NCBI GenBank assembly: GCA_964501035.1
Contig: CAZCRK010000005.1
Span: forward strand, 1-56,486
Reading direction: 5' to 3'
Length of the DNA: 56,486 nucleotides
This document shows positions 10,732 through 20,391 of this stretch, one piece after another. How positions within the stretch are numbered: position 1 is the first letter of the stretch; the number at the start of each line of letters is the position of its first letter. The notes beneath the pieces are model-generated. The model saw only the letters and a list, made by a program, of their open reading frames with translations, made no database searches and was not told where the DNA came from. The position numbers were made by a program, and so were the translations under genes.

Positions 10732-11745
10732 TTAATAAACTTTTAGTAAAAATTTAATATTTATGATACTTAATAATAACAAACTTGCAACTATTTGATG
10801 AAGAACAGCCAAGCTTAAAGGTACAGAAAAAATTAGGGTTAGAACACCTAAAACAAATTGGGTTGTGATCAATAAAAGTAAATAAAAGTTAGACCTAATT
10901 TGAAAATCAGTAACAGAAATATCTCTTAAATTTTTCCATAACCAAAAAACTAAAAATAATAGAATCCAAGCTGTGGTACGGTGAATGAATTGTATTGTCA
11001 TTATATTAGTAGTAAAATTATTTAATATTGGTGAAAGTGAAAAAAGCCCTTCGGGAACTAATTGGTTTTGCATAAGAGGAAACGTATTCCAAGCAAAACC
11101 TGCCTTTAAACCAGCAGTGAATGCTCCATAGATTATTTGTAAAATGCTTAACCCTAAAATCAAATTGATAAGAATTTTTAACCTTGAACCATTAGAAAAC
11201 ATTTTCGGATTTTTAACTTCAAGAATAGTCCAATAAATATATCCAATAAGGCCGAATGCTAAAATTAAATGGAGTGCTAATCGGTAATGACTAACATGTG
11301 GAATATCTGCTAGGCCACTTTTTACCATATACCAACCTGCCAATCCTTGTAGAATTCCGAACACAAACATAACACTTAATCTATGATACATTTTTTTTGA
11401 GAAAAATTTTTTACGATGGAAAACAAAAAAAGGAATAATAAACCAAAAACCAATTATTCGTCCAACTAACCGATGAAGGTATTCCCAAAAGAATATCTTC
11501 TTAAAATCCTCAATTGTCATCCAATGATTGTACACTTTGAATTCGGGGGATGTTTGATATTTGGTAAATTCTTCAATCCAATCTGTATCAGTTAGTGGGG
11601 GAACAATACCTGTAACGGGATGCCATTCAACCATAGATAATCCAGATTTAGTAAGACGAGTAATTCCACCGATAGCAATCATGAGTAAAATCAAAATTAT
11701 TGCTGAGTACAACCAGTGTACAACAGGTTTTGGAGTTTGTGTCAT
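10732..11745 (-). CDS. ctaA: Heme A synthase (COX15/CtaA type 2)
   Basis: GGITRLTKSGLSMVEW, WEYLHR, RLALHL, QFIHR and LHQ motifs. Confidence 0.93.
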   Translation of the reverse strand: MTQTPKPVVHWLYSAIILILLMIAIGGITRLTKSGLSMVEWHPVTGIVPPLTDTDWIEEFTKYQTSPEFKVYNHWMTIEDFKKIFFWEYLHRLVGRIIGFWFIIPFFVFHRKKFFSKKMYHRLSVMFVFGILQGLAGWYMVKSGLADIPHVSHYRLALHLILAFGLIGYIYWTILEVKNPKMFSNGSRLKILINLILGLSILQIIYGAFTAGLKAGFAWNTFPLMQNQLVPEGLFSLSPILNNFTTNIMTIQFIHRTTAWILLFLVFWLWKNLRDISVTDFQIRSNFYLLLLITTQFVLGVLTLIFSVPLSLAVLHQIVASLLLLSIINIKFLLKVY

Positions 11746-11754
11746 GCAGTAAAT

Positions 11755-12255
11755 TTACATATATAACATGATGTAAATAACTACACCAGTTACAGAAACA
11801 TATAGCCAAATTGGAAATGTATATTTCACAAATTGTTTATGTTTTTGAGTTTTATTTCGAAGCCCCAATAAGAATGATTTTAAGATAAATGGAAGGATTA
11901 ATGCAGCGAGTACAATATGACTAAAGAGAATAATTCGATAAAACACTAACCATTCACCAGCATATAGTTTGGGTCCAGGACTGAAGTAATGATATGTAAG
12001 ATAAGACACCAAGAACAAAGTAGATGTAACCATAGCACTTATCATGAAGTACTTATGAACAACGTTCTTCTTTTGTTTGATACTTACATAAGCTAATACT
12101 AATAGTATAGTTGTAAAAGTATTTAACAGCGCATTCACAGTAGGTAAAAGGGATACATCAATTTGTCGTGTTTGTGAATGTCCTAACATCAAATATGCTA
12201 CAATTCCTCCAGCAATAACTGTAAAGAATGTTATAAGTTTATTATCAGTATTCAA
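11755..12255 (-). CDS. DUF420 (CtaM-like) oxidase assembly membrane protein
   Basis: LPTVNALLN, HKYFM, SHIVLA and PIWLYVSVTGV motifs. Confidence 0.85.
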   Translation of the reverse strand: MNTDNKLITFFTVIAGGIVAYLMLGHSQTRQIDVSLLPTVNALLNTFTTILLVLAYVSIKQKKNVVHKYFMISAMVTSTLFLVSYLTYHYFSPGPKLYAGEWLVFYRIILFSHIVLAALILPFILKSFLLGLRNKTQKHKQFVKYTFPIWLYVSVTGVVIYIMLYM

Positions 12256-12264
12256 TTTATTGAC

Positions 12265-13137
12265 TTAGTCGAGAAAAATAAAAAATAAAAGTACGGGGAG
12301 GTAAACAATAGTTGCAAAAAATAATCGTTTTACAGAGTATGTATTAGTATTCCACATTATGTTAAATGCTAAGATTAAAAATAAAAATCCAATCACAGAA
12401 ACACCAGCAGCATACACAATTCCTGCAGTTTGAATTATAAAAAGACCTAAAGTTGTTCCAACCATTGCAACGCTAAAAAATACAATCATATACTGTGTAA
12501 GCTTTGAATTTGGATAAACAGATGGAAGCATTTTAAATCCACCTTTATTATAATCTGATGCATAAATAATTGCTAGGGATAAAAAATGAGGGATTTGCCA
12601 AAAGAACATAATTCCGAACAAAATCCAAGCGGGGGTGTCAATTATTCCTGTAGAAGCAGCCCATCCACCTACAGGAGGTAGTGCACCAGGAATTGAACCT
12701 ATAATTGTATTTAAAGTAGTTTTTCTTTTAGATGGAGTATAAATAAATAAATACAAAACAACTGTTGCAATAGACAAAAACGCAGTTAAATAATTAGTAA
12801 ATATTGATAAATATATTGCTCCTATAAAAATGGTTAAAACACCAAATATAAATGCACTTTTTGATGTTATTCTTCCTGACGGGATAGGTCTATTTTTGGT
12901 GCGATCCATTTTACTATCTAAGTTTCGCTCAATATATTGATTCAATGCACCAGAGCCAACCGAAGTCAAGAAAACACCAATTAACAAATGAAACAAACCT
13001 AACCAACTTTCAAATGTCATCATTGTATTGCCGAGACTTCTCAACCCAAGGTAGTAACCTAAATATGCTGTCACTAAAACTAAAACAGTTAAACGAACCT
13101 TGCCTAGTTCACAATAATTTTTAACCAAATTGTTCAT
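12265..13137 (-). CDS. ctaB: Protoheme IX farnesyltransferase (heme O synthase)
   Basis: DSKMDRTKNRPIPSGR, YTPSKR, GALPP and WQIPHF motifs. Confidence 0.93.
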   Translation of the reverse strand: MNNLVKNYCELGKVRLTVLVLVTAYLGYYLGLRSLGNTMMTFESWLGLFHLLIGVFLTSVGSGALNQYIERNLDSKMDRTKNRPIPSGRITSKSAFIFGVLTIFIGAIYLSIFTNYLTAFLSIATVVLYLFIYTPSKRKTTLNTIIGSIPGALPPVGGWAASTGIIDTPAWILFGIMFFWQIPHFLSLAIIYASDYNKGGFKMLPSVYPNSKLTQYMIVFFSVAMVGTTLGLFIIQTAGIVYAAGVSVIGFLFLILAFNIMWNTNTYSVKRLFFATIVYLPVLLFFIFLD

Positions 13138-13511
13138 TAATGTCCTGAATGGTCTTCAGATTCTATTTTATCATAAATTATAGCAGCTTTTTCTTCGATT
13201 GCTTTTGCTTTTATTGGATCAATATCAGCTCTTCTTTCAGTATCTAAAAGAGTGAAAATTATAAACACAGCAAGAAACACAATAGCTGTCAAAAATACGA
13301 AAAGGTTAACCTTGTCATCATACAAAAGATGCATAAAGAAAAATGCAACTAGAGATGCTTTTACTCCAGCGATAATCATTGCAACAATGATATTCATGCT
13401 ACCAAAATCCACTTTAGCAACAAATACAGTTACAAATGTGAGTCCAATCAATAGAGCAAAAATTGTGAGATATGTTCGTATTGGAATTATGTGATGTGTA
13501 TGTGAAGTCAT
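13137..13511 (-). CDS. ctaF: Cytochrome c oxidase subunit IV
   Basis: Three TM helices, KASLVAFFFMHL. Confidence 0.85.
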   Translation of the reverse strand: MTSHTHHIIPIRTYLTIFALLIGLTFVTVFVAKVDFGSMNIIVAMIIAGVKASLVAFFFMHLLYDDKVNLFVFLTAIVFLAVFIIFTLLDTERRADIDPIKAKAIEEKAAIIYDKIESEDHSGH

Positions 13512-13515
13512 ATTA

Positions 13516-14151
13516 TTATCCTATCAAATAAAATAGTGGAAAGAGGAATATCCAAATTAGGTCAACCAAATGCCAGAATAATCCAACATTCTCAACCGGT
13601 GAATAGTATTCAGCAGATAGTTTGCCTTTATTGGTTTGCATTATTAACCAGATTATCATAACCATACCACCAACTACGTGAATACCATGAAGTCCAGTCA
13701 TCATAAAGTAAAGACTAAAGAAAATATGGGGATTATTTGCATCGATACCACCATAGCTATAAAACTCACCCGGTAACTGACCTAAATGAATTTTATGTGA
13801 GTATTCAAAATATTTAACTACAAGAAATATCCCAGCAAGTAAAACGGTTGCAATAAGATAATTAGAGGTCAACTTTTTCTTTCCATGTTGGATACTATGT
13901 ATTGCTAACGCCATTGTTAATGAACTGGTAATCAATACCACTGTGTTTAATGCACCCATATTTGCATCAAGCATTTTATGTGCATTAACAAACATTTCAG
14001 GATACCATGATCTAAAAATTACATAGGCACAAAACAATCCGCCGAACATGAGGATTTCTGTTAATAAAAATACCCACATTCCAAGCTTAGAAGCTTCATA
14101 TTGTTGATTTGAATCACTAAAGTGATGTTGTAAATGTGCTGGATGTTCCAT
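13516..14151 (-). CDS. ctaE: Cytochrome c oxidase subunit III
   Basis: GMWVFLLTE, TGLHGIHV and GLFWHLVDLIW motifs. Confidence 0.92.
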   Translation of the reverse strand: MEHPAHLQHHFSDSNQQYEASKLGMWVFLLTEILMFGGLFCAYVIFRSWYPEMFVNAHKMLDANMGALNTVVLITSSLTMALAIHSIQHGKKKLTSNYLIATVLLAGIFLVVKYFEYSHKIHLGQLPGEFYSYGGIDANNPHIFFSLYFMMTGLHGIHVVGGMVMIIWLIMQTNKGKLSAEYYSPVENVGLFWHLVDLIWIFLFPLFYLIG

Positions 14152-14159
14152 ATTTCCCC

Positions 14160-15767
14160 TTAATTTCTATCTGTACTTTGTTTAACAATTTCATGGTAGT
14201 CATAAGGACCATGCTCAACAACTGGATCTTTATCAAAATTATGTTCCACAGGTGGGGATTGGGTTTCCCATTCCATAGTTAGCCCACCCCATGGATTATC
14301 ACTTGCAGGTTTCCCATGCTTAACTGATCTAAATAAATATACCATCATTACCAGAAATGAGAACCCCATAATCATTGCACTAAATGTTGAAATTTGATTT
14401 AGAAATTCAAATTTTTCTGGATAAGAGTGAATCCGTCTTGCCATTCCTTGAGAACCGGCAATAAACTGAGGTAAAAATGTACCTAGAAAACCAATGAAAA
14501 CCATAACTGCAGTCCATTGAGCTAGTTTTTGTGGATACATTCTTCCCCAAATCTTAGGCCACCAATAATGCACTCCACCAAGGAAAGCAATAACTGTACC
14601 TCCCATCATTGTTGCGTGAAAGTGAGCAACAATAAAATATGTCGAATGAAGGTGAATATCTGTTGCTAACGCACCTAAGAACATTCCAGTTAATCCACCA
14701 ATTGAAAACAAAATTAAAAACATGAGGGCATACAACATTGGAGCTTGAAAGGTAATCCTGCCGTTATACATGGTTGCCATCCAGTTAAATATTTTAATAC
14801 CAGAAGGAATACCTACAGAAAATGTGATAAGCGAAAAAATCATGGATGCATACTCAGATTGGCCAGCAGTGTACATATGGTGTCCCCAAACCAGAAAACT
14901 AACAAACGCAATTCCTAAGCTTGAAAATGCAATTGCTTTATACCCAAAAATTCGTTTATGTGAAAAAGTTGATATGAGTTCACTAATGATACCCATACCT
15001 GGAAGAATCATGATATACACAGCAGGATGCGAATAAAACCAAAAGAAGTGTTGAAACAACACGGGATCGCCGCCTAATGCAGGGTCAAAAATACCAACCC
15101 CAACCAAACGTTCCATTACAATCAATAAAAGTGTAATTGCTAATACAGGAGTTGCTAATATTTGAATAATTGCAGTTGCATATAGTCCCCAAACAAATAA
15201 CGGTAATTTATACCATGTCATTCCAGGAGCACGTAGTTTGTGAATTGTTGCAATGAAATTTATCCCAGTAAAAATACCAGAAAATCCCATAATAAAAGCT
15301 GCAAATACGATGGTTGTAACTGCAGTAGTAGAATCAGTACTATAGGGTGCATAAAAAGTCCAACCGGTATCAACACCGCCTATCAAAATTGAATATACAG
15401 CAATTAAGGCACCGGCTAAGAATACGTACCAACTCGCTAAATTTAGACGAGGAAATGCCACATCTTTTGCACCAATCATAATTGGAAGTAAAATATTTCC
15501 TAAAGCTGCAGGAATAGCTGGTAAAATAAACAGAAAAATCATAACTGCACCATGTAGGGTAAAGATTCTATTGTATAAATCTGGACTAAATAAATCACCT
15601 GCTGGTGTAAAAAGTTCTAATCGCAAAAGCATTGCCAATAAACCACCAACCATAAAAAATGCCATAACTGACACCAAATACATCACCCCAATTCGTTTAT
15701 GATCAAGTGTGTACAGCCAGGACTTTAATCCGGTTGTTGCATTTAAATAATTTGTATTTGCACTCAT
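14160..15767 (-). CDS. ctaD: Cytochrome c oxidase subunit I, A2 type
   Basis: [19 protein letters not shown] (YS motif of type A2), WGHH and AHFH motifs. Confidence 0.96.
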   Translation of the reverse strand: MSANTNYLNATTGLKSWLYTLDHKRIGVMYLVSVMAFFMVGGLLAMLLRLELFTPAGDLFSPDLYNRIFTLHGAVMIFLFILPAIPAALGNILLPIMIGAKDVAFPRLNLASWYVFLAGALIAVYSILIGGVDTGWTFYAPYSTDSTTAVTTIVFAAFIMGFSGIFTGINFIATIHKLRAPGMTWYKLPLFVWGLYATAIIQILATPVLAITLLLIVMERLVGVGIFDPALGGDPVLFQHFFWFYSHPAVYIMILPGMGIISELISTFSHKRIFGYKAIAFSSLGIAFVSFLVWGHHMYTAGQSEYASMIFSLITFSVGIPSGIKIFNWMATMYNGRITFQAPMLYALMFLILFSIGGLTGMFLGALATDIHLHSTYFIVAHFHATMMGGTVIAFLGGVHYWWPKIWGRMYPQKLAQWTAVMVFIGFLGTFLPQFIAGSQGMARRIHSYPEKFEFLNQISTFSAMIMGFSFLVMMVYLFRSVKHGKPASDNPWGGLTMEWETQSPPVEHNFDKDPVVEHGPYDYHEIVKQSTDRN

Positions 15768-15775
15768 TTTAAATC

Positions 15776-16726
15776 CTATTTATTTTCTTTGATAAATTCA
15801 ATAATGCCATCAATCTCTCTATCATTTAACTGACCCTGATATGTTGGCATAACTGGAGCAAAGCCCTTAACAATTTTACTAGCAGGCTCTAAAATTGATT
15901 CTCGGATATAGTTTTCATCCACAACTGCTGTTGAACCATCTGTATGTTCTATTGTGGATCCAAAAAGGCCTTTAAAAGTGGGGCCCACTAATGAATTGCC
16001 ATCTAATGTATGGCATGTAAAACATGCTTTGCCCTTATAAACATTCTCACCCAATTGAAGAAGGGGAATGCTTGTATCAGCTTCATTGTTTTTAGAAGAT
16101 ACTAAATATGTTTCGTACGCATCATTTTCAACTACTTTAACGGTTCCAATCATTTGAGAATGACCAGTTCCGCAAAACTCAGTGCAATAAATTGGAAATT
16201 CTCCAGTTTGATTTGCTTCAAACCATAACGTAGTATATCGGTTTGGGAGAGCATCCATTTTCACTCTAAAGTCCGGAATATAAAAGCTATGAATAACATC
16301 ACTAGATGAAAGTAGTAACTTGATTGGCTTGCCCTTTGGTACAGTCAATATATTTATTGAATTTGCGCCATTGGGGTAATCAAAAACCCACATCCACTTT
16401 TTACCAGTAGTCTTGATTTCAATTGCATTGTCTGGTACAATATTCATTTTCATAAATGTCTTGAATCCCATGAAAAATAATACAATAACAAGAATGGATG
16501 GTATAATTGACCATGTCCATTCTAATACATGATTTTCTGACACTTTTGAAGTTAGTTCTTCATTCTCGTTTCTTTTCCTGAATTTTATAGAAAAGAAAAC
16601 CAATCCAATAACAACAATAGCAAAAATGATTAATCCGGTATATAGTACAAAATTAAAAATACTATCTACTTCATTTGCAATAGTTGAAGCTTGAGTTGGA
16701 AGAAATAAAGTTCCATTATTATTCAT
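15776..16726 (-). CDS. ctaC: Cytochrome c oxidase subunit II with C-terminal cytochrome c (caa3)
   Basis: CuA ligands DVIHSF and [12 protein letters not shown]; heme c motif CFTCH; distal Met in VMP. Confidence 0.95.
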   Translation of the reverse strand: MNNNGTLFLPTQASTIANEVDSIFNFVLYTGLIIFAIVVIGLVFFSIKFRKRNENEELTSKVSENHVLEWTWSIIPSILVIVLFFMGFKTFMKMNIVPDNAIEIKTTGKKWMWVFDYPNGANSINILTVPKGKPIKLLLSSSDVIHSFYIPDFRVKMDALPNRYTTLWFEANQTGEFPIYCTEFCGTGHSQMIGTVKVVENDAYETYLVSSKNNEADTSIPLLQLGENVYKGKACFTCHTLDGNSLVGPTFKGLFGSTIEHTDGSTAVVDENYIRESILEPASKIVKGFAPVMPTYQGQLNDREIDGIIEFIKENK

Positions 16727-16728
16727 CC

Positions 16729-17547
16729 TTACTTCCCTGTTCTTTCTTTATTATTTTTGTCATATCTATTAAACATCAATACCATTACTAGTATTGCTAA
16801 AATTATTAAAAATCCACCTATTTGAGTTACTCGCACAATTGATAGGGAATAACTGTTTCCATCTGGGTCATACTGATAACAGTATAAAAGTAGTTTTTGC
16901 ATAGTACTTTTTATATTGCCCTGCGAAGCATCAAGTATTCCCAACTTTAAATCTATAGGACTGTATTGTACTCCAAACAAATAACTAGAAATCACTCCAT
17001 TTCCAGTTAAAATCATAAGTACAGCAGGATGCGCATATTGTTTAGTTTCTTCATCATAATAAAACTGAAACCCAACACTATCAGAAATCCGCTTAATATT
17101 GTCTTCATCTCCAACTAAAAACTCCCAACTACTATCTGAAGTGTTTTTACCTAACTCAGAAATATATCTTTGTTGTCTTTCTGCTGATCGAATAGGAGTT
17201 TCATTTGGATCAATGCTAATATTTAACATTTGATAGTCAGTACCCAACTTAAAGGATGTTTTCTGTAACCCATCTACAATTCCATCAAGTAATAAAGAAC
17301 AAAGCATTGGGCAATCACTGTAAGAAAGCGTTAATAAAACTGGCTTTTCTCCATTAAAATACCTATCCAATTGTACTTTATTGCCTTGTATATCAAAAAA
17401 TTGTGTTTCTAGAGGAATTGATTTTCCAAGATGAGAAACAACATCTATATTATTTAAATCTTCAACAGAATTCTTTACTGTTTGGCAAAATAATTGAGTG
17501 AAAATAATGCCAAACAATGCAATTCTAGCTAGCCATAAAAAGTTCAA
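16729..17547 (-). CDS. SCO1/SenC copper chaperone
   Basis: CPMLC, YAHP and LLLYCYQYDP motifs; upstream of subunit II. Confidence 0.9.
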   Translation of the reverse strand: MNFLWLARIALFGIIFTQLFCQTVKNSVEDLNNIDVVSHLGKSIPLETQFFDIQGNKVQLDRYFNGEKPVLLTLSYSDCPMLCSLLLDGIVDGLQKTSFKLGTDYQMLNISIDPNETPIRSAERQQRYISELGKNTSDSSWEFLVGDEDNIKRISDSVGFQFYYDEETKQYAHPAVLMILTGNGVISSYLFGVQYSPIDLKLGILDASQGNIKSTMQKLLLYCYQYDPDGNSYSLSIVRVTQIGGFLIILAILVMVLMFNRYDKNNKERTGK

Positions 17548-17552
17548 TTATG

Positions 17553-17801
17553 CTACTTATCTTTTGCAATTATTTTAATGGATGCATCTATGTTTTTCAA
17601 TTCTCTTTCAGTGTTCAATTGATTTTCCTTTGCAGCCATTGAAATAGCATGTGCTTCATTTTCAGATAAAATATCAACTTTCACTTTGTCAAAATATTTT
17701 GATGAAGCAAAAAGCAATATTCCGATAACAATGATGAGAAATGAAGCTAGCTTAAAAATAAAAGACGTATTTATCCCCGTCTCTTCGTATTGTTTTGCCA
17801 T
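17553..17801 (-). CDS. Small single-TM protein heading the cox operon (ActG-like position)
   Basis: AGGA SD; YEETGIN followed by one TM helix; 5 bp from the SCO gene. Confidence 0.55.
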   Translation of the reverse strand: MAKQYEETGINTSFIFKLASFLIIVIGILLFASSKYFDKVKVDILSENEAHAISMAAKENQLNTERELKNIDASIKIIAKDK

Positions 17802-18021
17802 TATATTCCTATATATTTGTAAATGTGGTAATATACTTAATTTATTGATATAAATATAATTAAGTAGTAAATATTATTAAAATTAGCAGTAATAATTACC
17901 ATCTATTTTAACAATATGTGATTGTAGTTTGCAAGAAAATAACATGATTTGAATTATAATTTGCTGAAAAAATAATTGTAAATTAGGAGCCAATTATATT
18001 CTTAAAAATGAAAGGATAAGA

Positions 18022-18555
18022 ATGAGTACACCAACCAAAATATTGTCAGATGAACATCAAGTAATATTGGCTATCATTAATGCAACTATAAAGAAATGTA
18101 ATGGAATTACTGAAAACTCTGAAATTGATACTCAATTTTTTGCAGATGTAATCGATTTTATTCAAAATTATGCAGACAAATTTCATCATGCTAAAGAAGA
18201 AGATGTGTTATTTGTTGAGTTATGTAAACCAGAAACGTCAGGTCAAATGCATTGCAATCCAGTGAACCAAATGCTTCATGAGCATAAAATAGGTCGACAA
18301 TATGTTGAAGGTATGATTATAGCATTAGAAAAATCTGATAATCAACAATTAGTAGAAAACACGTTGGGGTATTGTGAGTTACTGCAATCCCACATTTATA
18401 AAGAAGATAATATTCTTTATCCAATGGCAGACCAAGCTTTAACCGTAGAGAAACAAAACACTATGGTAGAGGTCTTTAATCAGATTGAAAAAGAAAAATT
18501 CCCAGCTCAATTTATAAATCGATATGTAAAATTTGCAGAAAATATTTCTCGTTAA
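18022..18555 (+). CDS. Hemerythrin-like HHE domain protein
   Basis: LSDEH, FHHAKEEDVLF, MLHEH and SHIYKEDNILYPMA motifs. Confidence 0.9.
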   Translation: MSTPTKILSDEHQVILAIINATIKKCNGITENSEIDTQFFADVIDFIQNYADKFHHAKEEDVLFVELCKPETSGQMHCNPVNQMLHEHKIGRQYVEGMIIALEKSDNQQLVENTLGYCELLQSHIYKEDNILYPMADQALTVEKQNTMVEVFNQIEKEKFPAQFINRYVKFAENISR

Positions 18556-18708
18556 ATCAGTTATATTATTCATAATAGCATAACAAGATAACTAAATCTA
18601 AATAACTCTTTACAATCACCATAAATAGTTATTAAATTATATTTATGATATATAGGTCATATTATCAAAATTATATCATGCTAACCCTAATTAACAAGGA
18701 GAAGGAAT

Positions 18709-18972
18709 ATGAAACTTAATCGTAAGGACTTTATAAAACTCTCTGCAGCAGCTACAACTGCAACTGCATTCGGGATGAATGTGCCCAAGAATGTTTTGAA
18801 AAATGCTGCAGAAGGTGAAAAAGGATGGCGATGGGACAAGTCGGTTTGTCGTTTCTGTGGTACCGGTTGTGGTATAATGGTTGCGACAAAAGACGATAAA
18901 ATCCTAGCTGTTAAAGGAGACCCAGCTGCACCTGTTAATCGTGGATTAAATTGTATAAAGATGGATTGTTAG
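18709..18972 (+). pseudogene. napA: Truncated periplasmic nitrate reductase NapA (Tat-like signal and [4Fe-4S] domain only)
   Basis: SD AAGGAG; NRKDFIK signal; [13 protein letters not shown]...NRGLNCIK, then a stop; full NapA is about 800-900 aa. Confidence 0.88.
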
Positions 18973-19238
18973 AAAAGCCAGAAAGTTATAGTTATGATTT
19001 TCCTGACTTACTAACCTTCCATGATGCACCTACTCCAATTGAACAAACATTGTTTGTTATGCATTTGAAGCATAGAATGCGTTTGTTCCAAGGGGCTTTT
19101 CATAATAACCCTGACTATGCTTTATGGTATGGTTGGAGTGAAATGGTGCAAGATTTAACTGAAATCAAACACATGGCTGCAGAAATACGTGCTGAACATG
19201 AATCACCAGGATTTTTTGGTCGATTGTTTGGTAAATAA
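18951..19238 (+). pseudogene. C-terminal fragment of a hydroxylamine-oxidoreductase-family multiheme cytochrome c
   Basis: PDLLTFHDAPTPIEQ..HRMRLFQGAFHNNPDYALWYGWSEM resembles HAO-family C-terminal helices; no CxxCH, no signal peptide and no SD. Confidence 0.7.
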
Positions 19239-19285
19239 AAGTACAACAGATTCACTTTGAAATTTAAAGTGATAAGTTTATAAAG

Positions 19286-19319
19286 TAAGGGCGGACATTA
19301 TGTCTGCCCTTATTTGTTT
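19286..19319 (+). terminator. Intrinsic terminator after the HAO-like fragment
   Basis: TAAGGGCGGACA-TTA-TGTCTGCCCTTA followed by TTTGTTT. Confidence 0.75.
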
Positions 19320-19353
19320 AATCAAGTTTGTTGAAAGAAAATAAAATAGGTTC

Positions 19354-20388
19354 TTACACCTCACTCAACACTTCTTTTCGGTTTACAAAATACCGCCATA
19401 CAATACTGTGTTGAAATAATTTATGTTTAATTTCATCATCTTTTAAATTTCGTAATTTTTTTATTTTTTGTTGCCGTTTAACAATAATATTGGGATGGGT
19501 TAAAATCCAGAACCATGCTTTGGCATGTGCAAATGCATGGTTAAAATCACCTTGGACAATTTCTTTTACAAATGCAACACACTCTAACACTTTACGAAAA
19601 GGAAGCACTTTGCACATGCTCCAAAACGAATAATTTGAAAGTAGTAACACTAAACTATTTCGGTAATTTAAATAGGTTTTTTGAGGTGAACCATACGCTA
19701 AGGTTTGCCCCCCCAAATGATAAACAACTGATTTAGGTTCAACCCAAACATCATTCCCTATTAGATGGCATTTCCAGTGGTAATCTATTTCTTCCATATG
19801 GGCAAATAAATCTTCATCAAACCCACCAATATGTTTAAAAATTTTAGCACGTGTTAAAAAAGCAGTTCCTGAAGCCCAAAATATTGGCATGGCATTTTCA
19901 TACTGTCCTTCATCCATTTCAACGGTATCAAAAATTCGTCCTCGTGCAAAAGGAAAACAATATTTATCCATATAACCACCACAAGCCCCCGCATAATCAA
20001 AATGGTCACGGTGAGTATAGTTTTTTATTTTAGGTTGCACAGAGGATATACTATCATCTGATTCCAACCTATCAACTAAATATTGAATCCACTCTGCCTC
20101 ATGTATTGTATCATTGTTTAAGATAAGGAGATATTCACCGTTTGCATGTTCTGCACCAAAATTACAACCACCTGCAAACCCTCGATTATACTCAGATTGA
20201 ATAAGTTTAACATGAGGATAATCTTTAGAAATCACTTCAATTGAATTATCCGTTGATCCATTATCAACTACTATAATTTCAATATTGGTATAATTTGATT
20301 TTTTTAGAGAATCCAAACATTCACAAATTATGTTCACCCCATTGAAGTGGGGTATGACAATCGACACTAATTGCAGATTGTCTGACAT
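19354..20388 (-). CDS. Glycosyltransferase family 2
   Basis: VVDNGSTD, NRGFAGGCN, LNND, FWASG and HMEEID motifs. Confidence 0.9.
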   Translation of the reverse strand: MSDNLQLVSIVIPHFNGVNIICECLDSLKKSNYTNIEIIVVDNGSTDNSIEVISKDYPHVKLIQSEYNRGFAGGCNFGAEHANGEYLLILNNDTIHEAEWIQYLVDRLESDDSISSVQPKIKNYTHRDHFDYAGACGGYMDKYCFPFARGRIFDTVEMDEGQYENAMPIFWASGTAFLTRAKIFKHIGGFDEDLFAHMEEIDYHWKCHLIGNDVWVEPKSVVYHLGGQTLAYGSPQKTYLNYRNSLVLLLSNYSFWSMCKVLPFRKVLECVAFVKEIVQGDFNHAFAHAKAWFWILTHPNIIVKRQQKIKKLRNLKDDEIKHKLFQHSIVWRYFVNRKEVLSEV

Positions 20389-20391
20389 GAT

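Noticed and set aside
17845..17960. FNR-like boxes (TTGAT-ATAA-ATATA; ATGAT-TTGA-ATTAT)
   Set aside because: Only partial matches in very AT-rich DNA; not distinguishable from chance.
18951..18972. Programmed frameshift producing a functional NapA-HAO fusion
   Set aside because: The product would lack the molybdopterin domains and all heme motifs; a deletion scar or misassembly is simpler.
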